A stretch of DNA of 64,000 bases from Thainema sp. (GTDB taxonomy: Bacteria; Cyanobacteriota; Cyanobacteriia; Phormidesmidales; Phormidesmidaceae). Below are positions 20,867 to 32,128 of this stretch, piece by piece (the stretch's first letter is position 1; the number at the start of each line of letters is the position of its first letter). Both the position numbers and the translations under genes were made by a program. The stretch is taken from the NCBI GenBank assembly GCA_052168235.1, contig JBQLZK010000020.1:33333-97332 (forward strand), read 5' to 3'. The notes under the pieces were generated by a model that was given only the letters and a program-made list of their open reading frames with translations, was not told the origin of the DNA and made no database searches.

Positions 20867-22294
20867 TTATGACTCCCCTGAATGATTGTTATCTTGGTTC
20901 GACAGATTGGCTTGACTATTATGCAGCGTTTCGTTGAGTCCTGGCGGTGCATTGCGGAAAAGCAGCGTATAAATTTCGGTTGGCATATCTACCTCTGCTC
21001 GCTGCAACGCTTCTTTTACGGCTTGGGCAACTGCCGATGTTGTTCCTAAAAATTCACCCCGACGCGAATCAACCCAGAAGCGAATCTCTAAATTGACGGT
21101 ACTAGCCGCTAGTTCTTGCACCAGCACTTCAATTGGGCTGTTGGGCGTGCGACCACTAACGCTCCGTACCGCCTGTTCAATGACGCGCTTCGCAGTTGAA
21201 ATATCAGCATCGTAATCAATACCAACCGTGATGGCACTGCGGCGCTGGGTTGAAGCCGTGTTGTTAATGATGCTAGCCTGAAACACTTCCTGATTTGGGA
21301 TATAAACCAAGCGGCCATCGTAGGTTTGCATGGTGGTGGCCCGCAGTTGAATCTGAGTAATCGTGCCTTCATAATCTTTAATCACCACCTGATCCCCTAA
21401 TCGAAATGGCCGCGCTGCTAGCAAAATGACGCCCGAGATATAGTTACTCAATACATCTTTGAGACTAAAACCAATGGCAACGCTGGTCAGTCCCAATGCT
21501 CCCAGAAGCGCTCCAAGATTCAATCCGAGTAAACCGAGGGCAATGACGGAACCAACGACCCAAACCGCACCATACCCCAGTCGGCCAATCAGTACCTCGG
21601 TACTGTGATCCCCCTCGGTCTTTTGCGCCCAAGTGAAAGCACCATAGCGAACAATACTGGCGACGATCCAAGTCAAGAGCACAACAATCAGTGCTCCAAT
21701 TAAGGCGGGCAAGCGGTCGATTGTATCTTGTAAGAGCGATCGCAATGTTGTCTGCAGCCGTTGAGCCACGTCAATTGCTAAGGGTGGCCGATCAAAGGCT
21801 TCGGTTAGCTGTTCGGCCCATCGCTGCGCCAGTTCCTCAACCGAAACGCCAAAATCCTCTGCATCCTGCTGCGTTACCGTCATAATCACTCGATTACGCA
21901 GCCGCAGGGTGGCCGTCTGCCCATTTGCCTGCAACTGCACCTCTACAGCCCCTGGATTCTCAGATTGCGCCAGAATGCTGGCGATTCGTCGGTTAATAAT
22001 TTCCGTGCGAGCTTGAGCGTCAATCGTCGCTAATCCCCCCAATTGAAATAAGGGGCGTCCTCGTACCTCCACATCGGCAAAGTAAACCCCCTCTCTGGAT
22101 TCACCCTCTGCTGGGGCTGATCCCGCTGGAGCCGTTAAGGCGGGCGCTAATGCATCACCACCTGTGGCTGGGGCAGCATCTTGAGCGATGACGTTTGGGG
22201 ATATAACGCAGAGTAGGGCTGATAAAACTGCGATCGCACAATAGAATTTCAGCGAAGCAAAATGGGAAACGAAATGTCGGTGAGCCAGAAACAC
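20867..22294 (-). CDS. MscS-family mechanosensitive channel with periplasmic N-terminal domain
   Basis: AIGFSLKDVLSNYISG, PFRLGD, EGTITQIQLRAT, IPNQEV. Confidence 0.9.
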   Translation of the reverse strand: MFLAHRHFVSHFASLKFYCAIAVLSALLCVISPNVIAQDAAPATGGDALAPALTAPAGSAPAEGESREGVYFADVEVRGRPLFQLGGLATIDAQARTEIINRRIASILAQSENPGAVEVQLQANGQTATLRLRNRVIMTVTQQDAEDFGVSVEELAQRWAEQLTEAFDRPPLAIDVAQRLQTTLRSLLQDTIDRLPALIGALIVVLLTWIVASIVRYGAFTWAQKTEGDHSTEVLIGRLGYGAVWVVGSVIALGLLGLNLGALLGALGLTSVAIGFSLKDVLSNYISGVILLAARPFRLGDQVVIKDYEGTITQIQLRATTMQTYDGRLVYIPNQEVFQASIINNTASTQRRSAITVGIDYDADISTAKRVIEQAVRSVSGRTPNSPIEVLVQELAASTVNLEIRFWVDSRRGEFLGTTSAVAQAVKEALQRAEVDMPTEIYTLLFRNAPPGLNETLHNSQANLSNQDNNHSGES

Positions 22295-22758
22295 CTTTTA
22301 TGACTTGAGTGACAACAAAATCGGTTCTTAAATTTAATCAGATTATTGGAAAGATAAACAACTAAAATAAGCGACTAAAATCAAATTCTAGCGCAGAAAA
22401 AACCAGCTCAACTGCAAATTTGAGCACTAACTACAACAGCATTTTGCCTCAAAAGTGCGATTAGCTTAAGCTAAAGTCAGAAAATAAAAATAGAAATTCA
22501 TGCACCTACTCAGTGCATGATTAAAAATGCTAATTTGTTGATGGCTTGGATGATAGAGTGCCTTGATGATTAAAAAATGATGAATCTCAGGACTATTCTT
22601 AAGCTGCAATTTCAAAGTTGCAATCAAAATAGTATTCGAAATTAGCTTTATCTTCTTGATCTTGATTTTCAAAAACATCCAGTGCCCAAGAGAAGATCTC
22701 TCAGGCACTGAACCGAAGATTGAAAGAAAAAGTCAATCAAGCGTAGCTAAATTAGCTT

Positions 22759-22935
22759 TTACTTATTTTTCATGTTTTCTTTTACATCTTCTTTAGCGTG
22801 TCGTGCAGAGGCTTCAGTCTGCTTGGCTTTACCTGCTGCTTTATCTTCTGGGTCGCCAGTTACTTTACCGACAGCCTCTTGTGCTTTACCTTCAACGTTT
22901 TTAGCGGTAGCTTTCATTCTTTCTTCATTAGACAT
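22759..22935 (-). CDS. csbD: CsbD family stress-response protein (58 aa, below the ORF track cutoff)
   Basis: Manual translation MSNEERMKATAKNVEGKAQEAVGKVTGDPEDKAAGKAKQTEASARHAKEDVKENMKNK; GAGG upstream. Confidence 0.9.
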   Translation of the reverse strand: MSNEERMKATAKNVEGKAQEAVGKVTGDPEDKAAGKAKQTEASARHAKEDVKENMKNK

Positions 22936-23335
22936 AATGAATTGCCTCTTTGATTTCTCTACTTCCTAGATTAGTTGCTATGTGTTGAGTGCAACATCCA
23001 CCATCTGATGGATCAGATTGGATACATAGTTAGAAACTCTGTTGATGGATGAAGGATTTGATTTCCAGTGAAAAGCTAAATCAGTATCGACTGGACTATT
23101 GCCCAGTCTGCTCTTATAAAGGTCAAGTAAGTACAATATTTTATTTGTTTTGGAAAGTTAAATTCGCAATAACAGCAGTAATACAATTCTGTTAAGCAGA
23201 TCATTGAATCAGCTAGCTCCCTTTGCCCCTGCATCAGCTCTAGATAATTCGAGATGCTAGTTTTCTGAGTTAGTGGAGCGACTAGTTTATTGACTTAACT
23301 TGATTAAGTGAGGCATTAAATTTATGCTCTGGCAT

Positions 23336-23398
23336 AAGGTATAAGTTAATTTTTGGAAGCCGCGCTCAGCGCGGCTTCCAAAAATTAACTTATACCTT
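23336..23398. repeat. Perfect palindrome, 31-bp arms
   Basis: AAGGTATAAGTTAATTTTTGGAAGCCGCGCT-C-AGCGCGGCTTCCAAAAATTAACTTATACCTT. Confidence 0.9.
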
Positions 23399-23577
23399 GA
23401 TTAGCGCAAGAAGCGCTATAAGCAGATTCCGGATATTCTACAGACAGAGGCTGGCGACGTAATGATGGTGACGCTAATGATTCAGCGTAAATGTGGGAAT
23501 GAGCAAATCAAAAGAATTGCGATCGCAGTATTATCCACGAAGTGCCAAAATTAGATTGCGTATGCGACACTGCTGTC

Positions 23578-24156
23578 ATGCTGTATGACGTTTCCACCAT
23601 AGTGCAAGGATATGCTCAGGGCTACTTCCTAATGGCGGATGAGCAGGGCAAAAATCTCAGTTGGTACTCCAGCCGTCAGCGCACGCTCATTCCACTGGAT
23701 CATCGTTTCCGCTATCCCAAGTCCCTGCGCCGAGTTCTAAACCAAGATCGATTCAGTGTCGCCGTTAATCGGGACTACGAAGGGGTACTGGCTGGCTGTG
23801 CCAATCGTGATACGACCTGGATCTCAGATGAACTTAAAGAAATTTATCGTGAGCTGTACCGCACGGGGTGGAGCTGCAGCTTTGAAACCTGGCAAGGAGA
23901 TCACCTGGCAGGTGGCATTTTGGGAATTGTGATCGGGGGAGCCTTCGTCGGTGAATCAATGTTTTACAACATTCCCGAAGGTTCTAAGGTGGCAATGGTT
24001 AAGTTGGTCGAACGATTGCGCGATCGCAACTTTCTCCTATTCGATGCTCAAATGATGAATCCTCATCTAGCGCGATTCGGAGCCTATGTTGTAGATGACA
24101 ATGACTACCAAGCACTGCTCAGCCGCGCCATTCGCCGCACCTGTCACTTAGATTAG
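23578..24156 (+). CDS. aat: Leucyl/phenylalanyl-tRNA--protein transferase
   Basis: GYAQGYFLMA, TWIS, SFETW, GGAFVGESMF, GSKVAMVKL, FDAQMMNPHL. Confidence 0.92.
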   Translation: MLYDVSTIVQGYAQGYFLMADEQGKNLSWYSSRQRTLIPLDHRFRYPKSLRRVLNQDRFSVAVNRDYEGVLAGCANRDTTWISDELKEIYRELYRTGWSCSFETWQGDHLAGGILGIVIGGAFVGESMFYNIPEGSKVAMVKLVERLRDRNFLLFDAQMMNPHLARFGAYVVDDNDYQALLSRAIRRTCHLD

Positions 24157-24243
24157 ACTTTATTGGAAATAAAGTTTTTGGGGTCGGAAATTGTTTTGTA
24201 GCGCGGCGAAGCTGCGCTACAAAACAATTTCCGATAAAGTCTA
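24154..24243. mobile_element. 90-bp MITE-like element with 17-bp TIRs and internal hairpin
   Basis: TAGACTTTATTGGAAAT / ATTTCCGATAAAGTCTA; inner stem with GCGAAGC apex; left end overlaps the aat stop. Confidence 0.7.
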
Positions 24244-24268
24244 TTGAAAACCAGATTAAAACAAAAAT

Positions 24269-24323
24269 AAAAACTGAATGTGCGGCAGGCTCACGCCGTG
24301 AGCCTGCCGCACATTCAGTTTTT
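24269..24323. terminator. Perfect palindrome (27-bp arms), likely bidirectional terminator between aat and ftsX
   Basis: AAAAACTGAATGTGCGGCAGGCTCACG-C-CGTGAGCCTGCCGCACATTCAGTTTTT. Confidence 0.7.
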
Positions 24324-24331
24324 GTAAAGAT

Positions 24332-25234
24332 TTAGCGGAGTGAAAATCGGCGAACGGCAAACAGGCTGCCGATCAAGCCGACGAAGCTGCCCAAGCCCAA
24401 AAGCGAAATTGGTAAGAGAATCATATGCTCCGGCTGTGTTTGTAGACCGTTTGCTAAAAATCTGACGAAATCGGGCTGATCCGTCAAAATTTGATTGATG
24501 ATTCGCTGTATACCCAAGATCAAGCCCCAGGAAAGGGCTGCACCCACGATACCAAACGTAATCCCTTGCAGGATAAACGGTAAATAAATCCAGCTATTGG
24601 TTGCTCCAACCAGCTGCATCACCTCAATTTCGCGCCGCCGCGCCATCACGATCAGACGAATCGTGGTGGTAATAACTGCGATCGCAGTACAGCTCAGCAC
24701 CGTCGTCACGAGTAAGCTAACCAAACTTAGTCCTTCATTCAACTGACTAATCCGCTCAACGGCTTCTGATACGTAGAGGACTTCATCCACCCCTTGAATC
24801 TGGCGCAGTTTATCGGCCAGTGAAGGAACTTCCTCAGATGAACGGGCTTTCACCTTCAGCTCATCCACCAGCGGATTGCCGTTTAGGTGCTCCGTCACCC
24901 CTTCGATATCAGAGATGCCCATCTCGGCAACAAGCTGGTTCCAGGCCAGTTCTTTGGACACTGGCTCAATCGCAGTGGCTTCTGGAAACGTATCAATCAT
25001 AGGCACAAGCGTATCGGCCTGCACACCGGATTCCAGATAAACCGAAACCTCTAACTGGCTACCAAATTGGTTTAGCAAGCCTTCCAGTTGCCAGGAGGTC
25101 TGTAAACTGGTGCCAAACAGAAACAGCAGTACTGTTGTGGTACTGATTGCTGCCCAGTTCATCCAGCCGCCGCGCTGTAGTCCTAAAAACGTTTCGCGCA
25201 GCAGGTAATCAAATTTGGTCAGCCACTTGAACAT
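24332..25234 (-). CDS. ftsX: Cell division permease FtsX
   Basis: NPL periplasmic motif, TTIRLIVMARRREIEVMQLVGAT, PFILQG; 4 TM segments. Confidence 0.9.
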   Translation of the reverse strand: MFKWLTKFDYLLRETFLGLQRGGWMNWAAISTTTVLLFLFGTSLQTSWQLEGLLNQFGSQLEVSVYLESGVQADTLVPMIDTFPEATAIEPVSKELAWNQLVAEMGISDIEGVTEHLNGNPLVDELKVKARSSEEVPSLADKLRQIQGVDEVLYVSEAVERISQLNEGLSLVSLLVTTVLSCTAIAVITTTIRLIVMARRREIEVMQLVGATNSWIYLPFILQGITFGIVGAALSWGLILGIQRIINQILTDQPDFVRFLANGLQTQPEHMILLPISLLGLGSFVGLIGSLFAVRRFSLR

Positions 25235-25411
25235 ACTTCAATCCTTCGTGAACCTGACATATGGTTATAGCGCTCTTTGAGGGGTCTGATACGTTCTGAT
25301 TCGTAATTTTTCAGGTGTAGCTTACCGATCATGAAACCGAAAGCCAACTGAATCCAAGGATTGTTAACATAAGAATGAAGTCTGTCATTTGCCGTCATAC
25401 CCGCTATTTCT

Positions 25412-25975
25412 ATGACATCTGTAGTCCAAGTCGAAAAAAAGAAGCTCAAGCAACCGCCATTAGAAATTCATCATTTAGGTGATCGCGTGCTGCGGCAGCC
25501 TGCCAAGCGCGTTTCAAAAATTGATGATGAACTGCGCACTTTGGTTCGGGACATGCTCCAAACCATGTACAGTGCCGATGGCATCGGTTTAGCTGCTCCC
25601 CAAGTTGGTGTGCAGAAACAGCTTATTGTCATCGATTGCGAGCCTGATGATCCGCTCAATCCGCCCCTAGTTCTCATCAATCCCAGCATCAAGAAATCTA
25701 GCCAAGAGCTTTGTACGGGCCAAGAAGGCTGCCTCAGCATTCCGGGCGTCTATCTTGACGTTGTTCGGCCTGAGACCATTGTTGTGTCTTACAAAGACGA
25801 AAACGGTCGTCCCCAGAAAATTAAGGCCTCCGGTTTACTGGCTCGCGTGATTCAGCATGAAATGGATCACCTAACTGGCGTCATGTTCGTTGATCGGGTA
25901 GATAATGAACTCGCTCTCACTCAAGAGCTAGACAAGTACGGCTTTTCTAAGAGCGACGTACAAAAGGTTCAGTAG
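25412..25975 (+). CDS. def: Peptide deformylase (canonical cyanobacterial type)
   Basis: GIGLAAPQVG, EGCLSIPG, QHEMDHL. Confidence 0.95.
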   Translation: MTSVVQVEKKKLKQPPLEIHHLGDRVLRQPAKRVSKIDDELRTLVRDMLQTMYSADGIGLAAPQVGVQKQLIVIDCEPDDPLNPPLVLINPSIKKSSQELCTGQEGCLSIPGVYLDVVRPETIVVSYKDENGRPQKIKASGLLARVIQHEMDHLTGVMFVDRVDNELALTQELDKYGFSKSDVQKVQ

Positions 25976-26029
25976 GTGTTCAGCGGGTTGCGACACTCTG
26001 GCATGTATGAACAAGATGTATGACTAATC

Positions 26030-26127
26030 TCAAGTCTGGTTGAAAATCCATCATTTATTTTTTGCGAAACGTTTGCTCCGCGAACGTTTCACAAAAAATA
26101 AGATCGGCTTCTTATACGCAGACTTGA
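26030..26127. mobile_element. ~100-bp MITE family A copy (TIR TCAAGTCTG, central hairpin)
   Basis: Aligns by eye with 27424-27525 (reverse complement) and 58785-58881. Confidence 0.8.
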
Positions 26128-26293
26128 TATAAACCTCAACAGGGTTAAGACGTGAGTTGAGTGTAGTCAAAATCTACGTCTTGATGATTAATCAAATCCT
26201 AGCCTTTCCTCAAGGTAAGGCTAGGATTTATGCTGTATTGTGTTCTGCGTTGAAATTTCGTTTAAATTTTCGTTTAGAGAGCGAGTATAAACC

Positions 26294-26491
26294 GTGACTC
26301 CAAAAAGTGGTGCGTTTTTAGGTCTGTCCTGCGTATCTGCGATCGCAGCAATTGGTTCCATTTTTGAACTCTCTTCCGGGATGCCAGATTTGGGCACTCC
26401 AGTCACCAGCGCTATCCTAGCGCTCAGCGTCCCGTTGGCCGTCTTTGCGTTTTATCTGGCAATCAAAGACGCGAAAGCCAATCAGCAATAG
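26294..26491 (+). CDS. Small two-TM membrane protein
   Basis: 65-aa ORF with two hydrophobic helices; GTG start after GAG-rich sequence. Confidence 0.7.
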   Translation: MTPKSGAFLGLSCVSAIAAIGSIFELSSGMPDLGTPVTSAILALSVPLAVFAFYLAIKDAKANQQ

Positions 26492-26531
26492 TCAAGTTTC
26501 AATTATTGGCCGCGTAAAGCCATTCCAGTGC

Positions 26532-27146
26532 ATGATTGCTGAGCCAGCCACCACATTGACCGATTATGCGATCGCAGTTGAGAGTCTGCTGTTTGCGCTG
26601 CTTTTGCTGCGCTTTGGTCGCGTTGAGGAGTTTTGGTCAGCCGCGTTTTGCAGCGTTAGTTTTGCGGCTGTCTGCGGTGGCACCTATCACGGCTTTCGGG
26701 AAATGTTGCCTCCAGCTAGTTTGGACTATCTCTGGCGGGGAGTCGTGCTGGCCTTAGCGAGCGCCAGTTTTTGGACGGTTGTCGCTGCCGCTTGGAAAAG
26801 TGTCCCCGCTTGGCGATGGGGATTACTGGGCTTGGCAGCGCTGAAGCTGGTGGTGGCTCTGGCATTGAATCAAACAAAATCAGATTTTATTGTGAGTGTG
26901 ATCGACTATCTCAGTGCATTAGCGATCGCACTTCTTCTATATTTCTGGCAATCTCGCAAACGCTATCTGGCCGGACTGGGTTGGATTATGTCTGGTATCA
27001 CAACGTCTGGCATTGCCGGGGCTGCCCTGATCGTTCCTTGGCCGCAGTGGATTCACTTCAGTGCTGAGGCTGGATATCATCTGATTCAAATGGTGGGCCT
27101 CTATTTTCTCTATCAAGGGATTTGGCGGAACGCTCAGTATCGCTGA
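26532..27146 (+). CDS. Multi-pass membrane protein (DUF6962-like; conserved His in GGTYHG and YHLIQM)
   Basis: EPATTLTDYAIA start; about 7 TM segments. Confidence 0.7.
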   Translation: MIAEPATTLTDYAIAVESLLFALLLLRFGRVEEFWSAAFCSVSFAAVCGGTYHGFREMLPPASLDYLWRGVVLALASASFWTVVAAAWKSVPAWRWGLLGLAALKLVVALALNQTKSDFIVSVIDYLSALAIALLLYFWQSRKRYLAGLGWIMSGITTSGIAGAALIVPWPQWIHFSAEAGYHLIQMVGLYFLYQGIWRNAQYR

Positions 27147-27423
27147 TTGTCCAAAATATTGTTCAAAATTCGGATGTATCAGTTTCCGCAACGTCCTACG
27201 ATTTCACCCATTTTTCGAAGAAGATACATATAGTTTCAGATAGAACAGGTTTACGAAAAGCCGGCCTGATTCGCTGAAGTTACGCAAGCGCAGTCTAGTC
27301 CTCAATCATTTCAGACTCATCGTCTCAGGAACGAGGTTTGGGCTTCGGACAGTTAACCCCCGCTGAGTTTTGGGCATTGTCAATCAACCTGCCATCCGAT
27401 GGCTGATTTTCGGCTGGCCATAA

Positions 27424-27525
27424 TATTAAGTCGGTGTATAAGACCCCAATTTATTTTTTGCGAAACCTTTGCAGAGCAAAGGTTTCGCAAAAAATAAATT
27501 ATGGGTTCTCAACCAGACTTGAATA
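27424..27525. mobile_element. ~100-bp MITE family A copy, inverted relative to 26030
   Basis: TATTAAGTC...GACTTGAATA ends; 25-bp perfect inner arms AATTTATTTTTTGCGAAACCTTTGC-AGA-GCAAAGGTTTCGCAAAAAATAAATT. Confidence 0.8.
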
Positions 27526-27580
27526 TAAACTCTACTGCCCAATCTCCGCATTTTGAATAACAGAACAGAATTGGCTATCC

Positions 27581-28228
27581 ATGAAAATCAATGCACTGGC
27601 CCCCTCTTTAGTCGCTGCGGCTTTATTGCTCACCACGCTCAACGCCTGTGGTCAAGACTCCCAGCAGCCCCTCCCGTCTGATTCCTCTGTGACGGATTCC
27701 ACCAATGCCGTGACTGCTCCCGTTTTGGATTGGCAGACGATTTTAGGAGATACCTCAGCTCCGGCCAACTGGCAGGTTGAACCCTGTGATGTCCCGACGA
27801 TGCTTTGTGTGGAAGCCAATGGTGAACAGGTTGGTACCGTTGAGCGGTTTGTCACACCCGTGTCAGAACTGGACATACCGCTCAATGGCTCAGCCGATGT
27901 CCTGCTGCGGAGCTGGGTAGAGAATCACTATGAAACCATTCAGCAAGACCGCGAAACGGGTGATAACACCCTGACCTTTACAACGCAACCGCCTACGGAT
28001 GTTTCAGTCGGTAGCCTGCCGGGATTGCGCTACGGCTTCACGACGACGCAGGCAGAAGGCACACTGTTCGATCGCACGTTGGGCTATGTCGCAACCGACG
28101 GTGAATTTTTCTATGTGTTCTCCACCAGCGTGATCAACGGCGATCCGACAGGCGGATTTTCGAGCGATGCTGCTCTGATCGAATTTGAACCTCACTTCGC
28201 TGCAATTGTTGAAGGTCTGAACCTATGA
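27581..28228 (+). CDS. Hypothetical lipoprotein
   Basis: Signal peptide with lipobox LNAC; acidic. Confidence 0.75.
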   Translation: MKINALAPSLVAAALLLTTLNACGQDSQQPLPSDSSVTDSTNAVTAPVLDWQTILGDTSAPANWQVEPCDVPTMLCVEANGEQVGTVERFVTPVSELDIPLNGSADVLLRSWVENHYETIQQDRETGDNTLTFTTQPPTDVSVGSLPGLRYGFTTTQAEGTLFDRTLGYVATDGEFFYVFSTSVINGDPTGGFSSDAALIEFEPHFAAIVEGLNL

Positions 28229-30189
28229 ATCGTGCATTTTATGTGAGTCGTCCTCTCATCGGACTGATGCTGTTTAGTTCAGGACTGTTTACGCCTGTGG
28301 CGGATGCTGTGCCGTCTGTTTCTGCAAAATCGGAGCAGACAGCACAGGAGCAGGTGCGATCGCAACTTTCTGCACAACTACCAGTCCTAGAAGCCCAAGC
28401 TTCTACCATTGCTCAATCGAATACCGTTGATCTGAGCGCTTTACAAAATCATCTGGCAGTTGAAGATTGGCAAGCCGCAGATGCTGAAACGCGCCGCATT
28501 CTAAAACCCTGGGTTGATCCCAGCACCAGCTTGTCGAGTACGCCAGTGGCGAGAAACATTCCACCGGACGTGCTGCGAGAGATTGATCAGCTCTGGTTAC
28601 AAGCCAGTCGTGGACGATTTGGCTTCAGTGTTCAGCGGTCAATTTGGCAGGAGGCGAAAGCCCAACATCCTGATGATCCGAGTGCGACTGCCGATACCTT
28701 TGGCAAATGGGTGGGCTGGCGGCGTCCTGTGCCTGATGGCAATAACTTTGTCGCACCTGACTGGTTTACTGAACCGGAACTGAATTATTCGCTCGATGCC
28801 CCAGTTGGTCATCTCCCTTGGCCAGGGCCAGAGTGGCAGTCGATTTCAAATATGCTGAATGTGCAAAGCTGCGGCAGCTGCATGATCGACGCGATGGATC
28901 TCCAGGGTGCGCTATTTAACCGCTACATTCCTGTTCTGCTTGACTATGCAACGACCGTCCTGAGCAATCCCTCCGTTACAACCGGAGGATCATGGCAACA
29001 GCCGGATCTTGCCCGCTCGATTGATCTGCGATCGCTGTATCCAGATAATTCCTGCCCCATTCGCACCCAAGCTTCTGCCATCAGTCCCGACAGCAAAATC
29101 ATTGCCGTCAGCAGCTATAGCTATGAGCGAGCCTGTGGTGGCGACCCCAATAACAGCACCTTGGCACTCTGGAATGCGGAACGGGGCAACCGGATTATCA
29201 CCTTGGTACGGGGACAGGCAACAGAAGCGTTTTCGGCTCCCAGTTTGAACCAGGAGCCTGAAACCGAGGGAACACGCATGGTTGGCGATGTCGTCAATGC
29301 CGTGGCCTTCACCCCTGATAGCCGTTTAGTAGTCGCCGGATTATCAAACGGTAACATCCAGATCTGGACAACCGATAAGGGTGAAGCGGTACGTACTCTA
29401 AGTGGACATCGTTATGCCGTACGTGCGATCGCAATTAGTGCTGACGGGCGAACCTTAGCTAGCGCTAGTTCTGATCAGACGATTCGCATCTGGAATCTAC
29501 AAACGGGGCAATTGTTACGCACCATTGATCAGATTCATGCGGCTGATGGCGTCGTTCATACGTTACAAATTAGTCCCAATGGACAGCGGGTTGCCGTTGC
29601 TACTGCGGACAATACCCTTCAGCTTTTGAACACTCAAAATGGCAATTGGGAGAGGACGTTTGTTATTAGGGCGACCAATCTGTACTCACCGCTGCCGATT
29701 GTCTTCAGTCCTGATGGTCGAATCGTCGCAACAGCGGATATAGACAACAGCGTCAAACTCTGGAATGCCACCACTGGCGCACGAATCATCACGCTGAGAG
29801 GTCATGCCGAAACCGTCCAGCATTTGGCATTTAGTCCCGATAGCCAACGTCTCGCCAGCAGCGACAGCAAAACGGCTCGCCTGTGGAACTTGCAAACCTA
29901 TCAGCCGATCCATGCCTTGGATTTAGTTCAGTCAGCAGGCCACCCAATCATGCCCGATAACCTGGGCTACGTCAGCTTCAGTCCCAATGGCCAGATTCTG
30001 GCAACGAGTTCACTGCTGCTGCCGCTGGTGCATAGCGAACCGATTCCCGGTCAAGGTTTGGCACTTTGGGATGCCAACACCGGACAAGTGATTACCCATA
30101 TTCATGACGTTGCCCAGTTTCAGTTCAGTCCCAATGGTCAATATCTGATGGCCAACGGCCAAACTATTCAAATTTGGGAGCGTCGATGA
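28225..30189 (+). CDS. Exported GUN4-domain + WD40-repeat protein
   Basis: WQAADAET, LREIDQLWLQASRGRFGFSVQRSIW, APVGHLP (GUN4 domain); repeated GH...FSPDG...WN WD40 units; N-terminal signal peptide. Confidence 0.85.
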   Translation: MNRAFYVSRPLIGLMLFSSGLFTPVADAVPSVSAKSEQTAQEQVRSQLSAQLPVLEAQASTIAQSNTVDLSALQNHLAVEDWQAADAETRRILKPWVDPSTSLSSTPVARNIPPDVLREIDQLWLQASRGRFGFSVQRSIWQEAKAQHPDDPSATADTFGKWVGWRRPVPDGNNFVAPDWFTEPELNYSLDAPVGHLPWPGPEWQSISNMLNVQSCGSCMIDAMDLQGALFNRYIPVLLDYATTVLSNPSVTTGGSWQQPDLARSIDLRSLYPDNSCPIRTQASAISPDSKIIAVSSYSYERACGGDPNNSTLALWNAERGNRIITLVRGQATEAFSAPSLNQEPETEGTRMVGDVVNAVAFTPDSRLVVAGLSNGNIQIWTTDKGEAVRTLSGHRYAVRAIAISADGRTLASASSDQTIRIWNLQTGQLLRTIDQIHAADGVVHTLQISPNGQRVAVATADNTLQLLNTQNGNWERTFVIRATNLYSPLPIVFSPDGRIVATADIDNSVKLWNATTGARIITLRGHAETVQHLAFSPDSQRLASSDSKTARLWNLQTYQPIHALDLVQSAGHPIMPDNLGYVSFSPNGQILATSSLLLPLVHSEPIPGQGLALWDANTGQVITHIHDVAQFQFSPNGQYLMANGQTIQIWERR

Positions 30190-30704
30190 TGAAAATTTTG
30201 GCCAGTTTAGCGGTTGCGATCTCACTCACGAGCTGTAGTTTATCGGGTGAACTATCGACTAATTCAGGCTCTACTAACGCTCCAGCAGATCAGCCGACTT
30301 TTGACTCAACCACTCTGATGGATATGGAACCCAATGTCCAGTTTGAGGTGACGGCTGAATCCGGTACTTGTCCCGATACAGTTGGTTTGTGGGAGTTTGG
30401 CTTGGGCTTTGAAGGTGGAGCCGATCATACCGTTGTTGTCGATACATCTGCGATCTCATCTCAACCCGCTCAATTAACAGTATCTGAAGCGAAGCGTGTT
30501 GTCTATGAAGCACCGTTGAAAGATGAATTTGCGTCTTGTGTGGGTACCGCGAACTCTGAATACCTCAGCATGTACGATCTCAGCTTTGCCGATGGCAAGG
30601 TGCAGTTTGATTTGAATTTGACCAATGATGACGGATTCCGCGAAATTCGCTACGCCGATATTTCTGCCAATCGTCCCTACGTTCACTGGCGAGCCGCTGA
30701 ATAA
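30186..30704 (+). CDS. Hypothetical lipoprotein
   Basis: Lipobox LTSC; ATGA overlap with the upstream gene. Confidence 0.75.
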   Translation: MMKILASLAVAISLTSCSLSGELSTNSGSTNAPADQPTFDSTTLMDMEPNVQFEVTAESGTCPDTVGLWEFGLGFEGGADHTVVVDTSAISSQPAQLTVSEAKRVVYEAPLKDEFASCVGTANSEYLSMYDLSFADGKVQFDLNLTNDDGFREIRYADISANRPYVHWRAAE

Positions 30705-30714
30705 GTGACCAGCG

Positions 30715-30759
30715 CAAAAACCAGGAGAGCGCCCCGACGGGGCGCTCTCCTGGTTTTTG
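30715..30759. terminator. Perfect palindrome (21-bp arms), likely bidirectional terminator
   Basis: CAAAAACCAGGAGAGCGCCCC-GAC-GGGGCGCTCTCCTGGTTTTTG between convergent genes. Confidence 0.75.
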
Positions 30760-30780
30760 TTAGCTATACGTACAACTCAA

Positions 30781-31977
<1,197 letters not shown>

Positions 31978-32128
31978 TCACGCAGTGCAAGTTTTGAGAA
32001 ACTTGCCTAAAAATATTCCACAGAAGAACGTGCCAAATCTTTGGGGTAGGTTTAGCCCTAGATAATGATGCTTAATCAATATGGGTTAATCAAACCTGCC
32101 CGTACCAAGCCTTTCCAGGTCAGACCTG

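Noticed and set aside
22772..22969. 65-aa plus-strand ORF
   Set aside because: Antisense to the clear csbD gene
12384..25975. Two def genes as a novelty
   Set aside because: Multiple peptide deformylases are common in bacteria, and both have intact motifs
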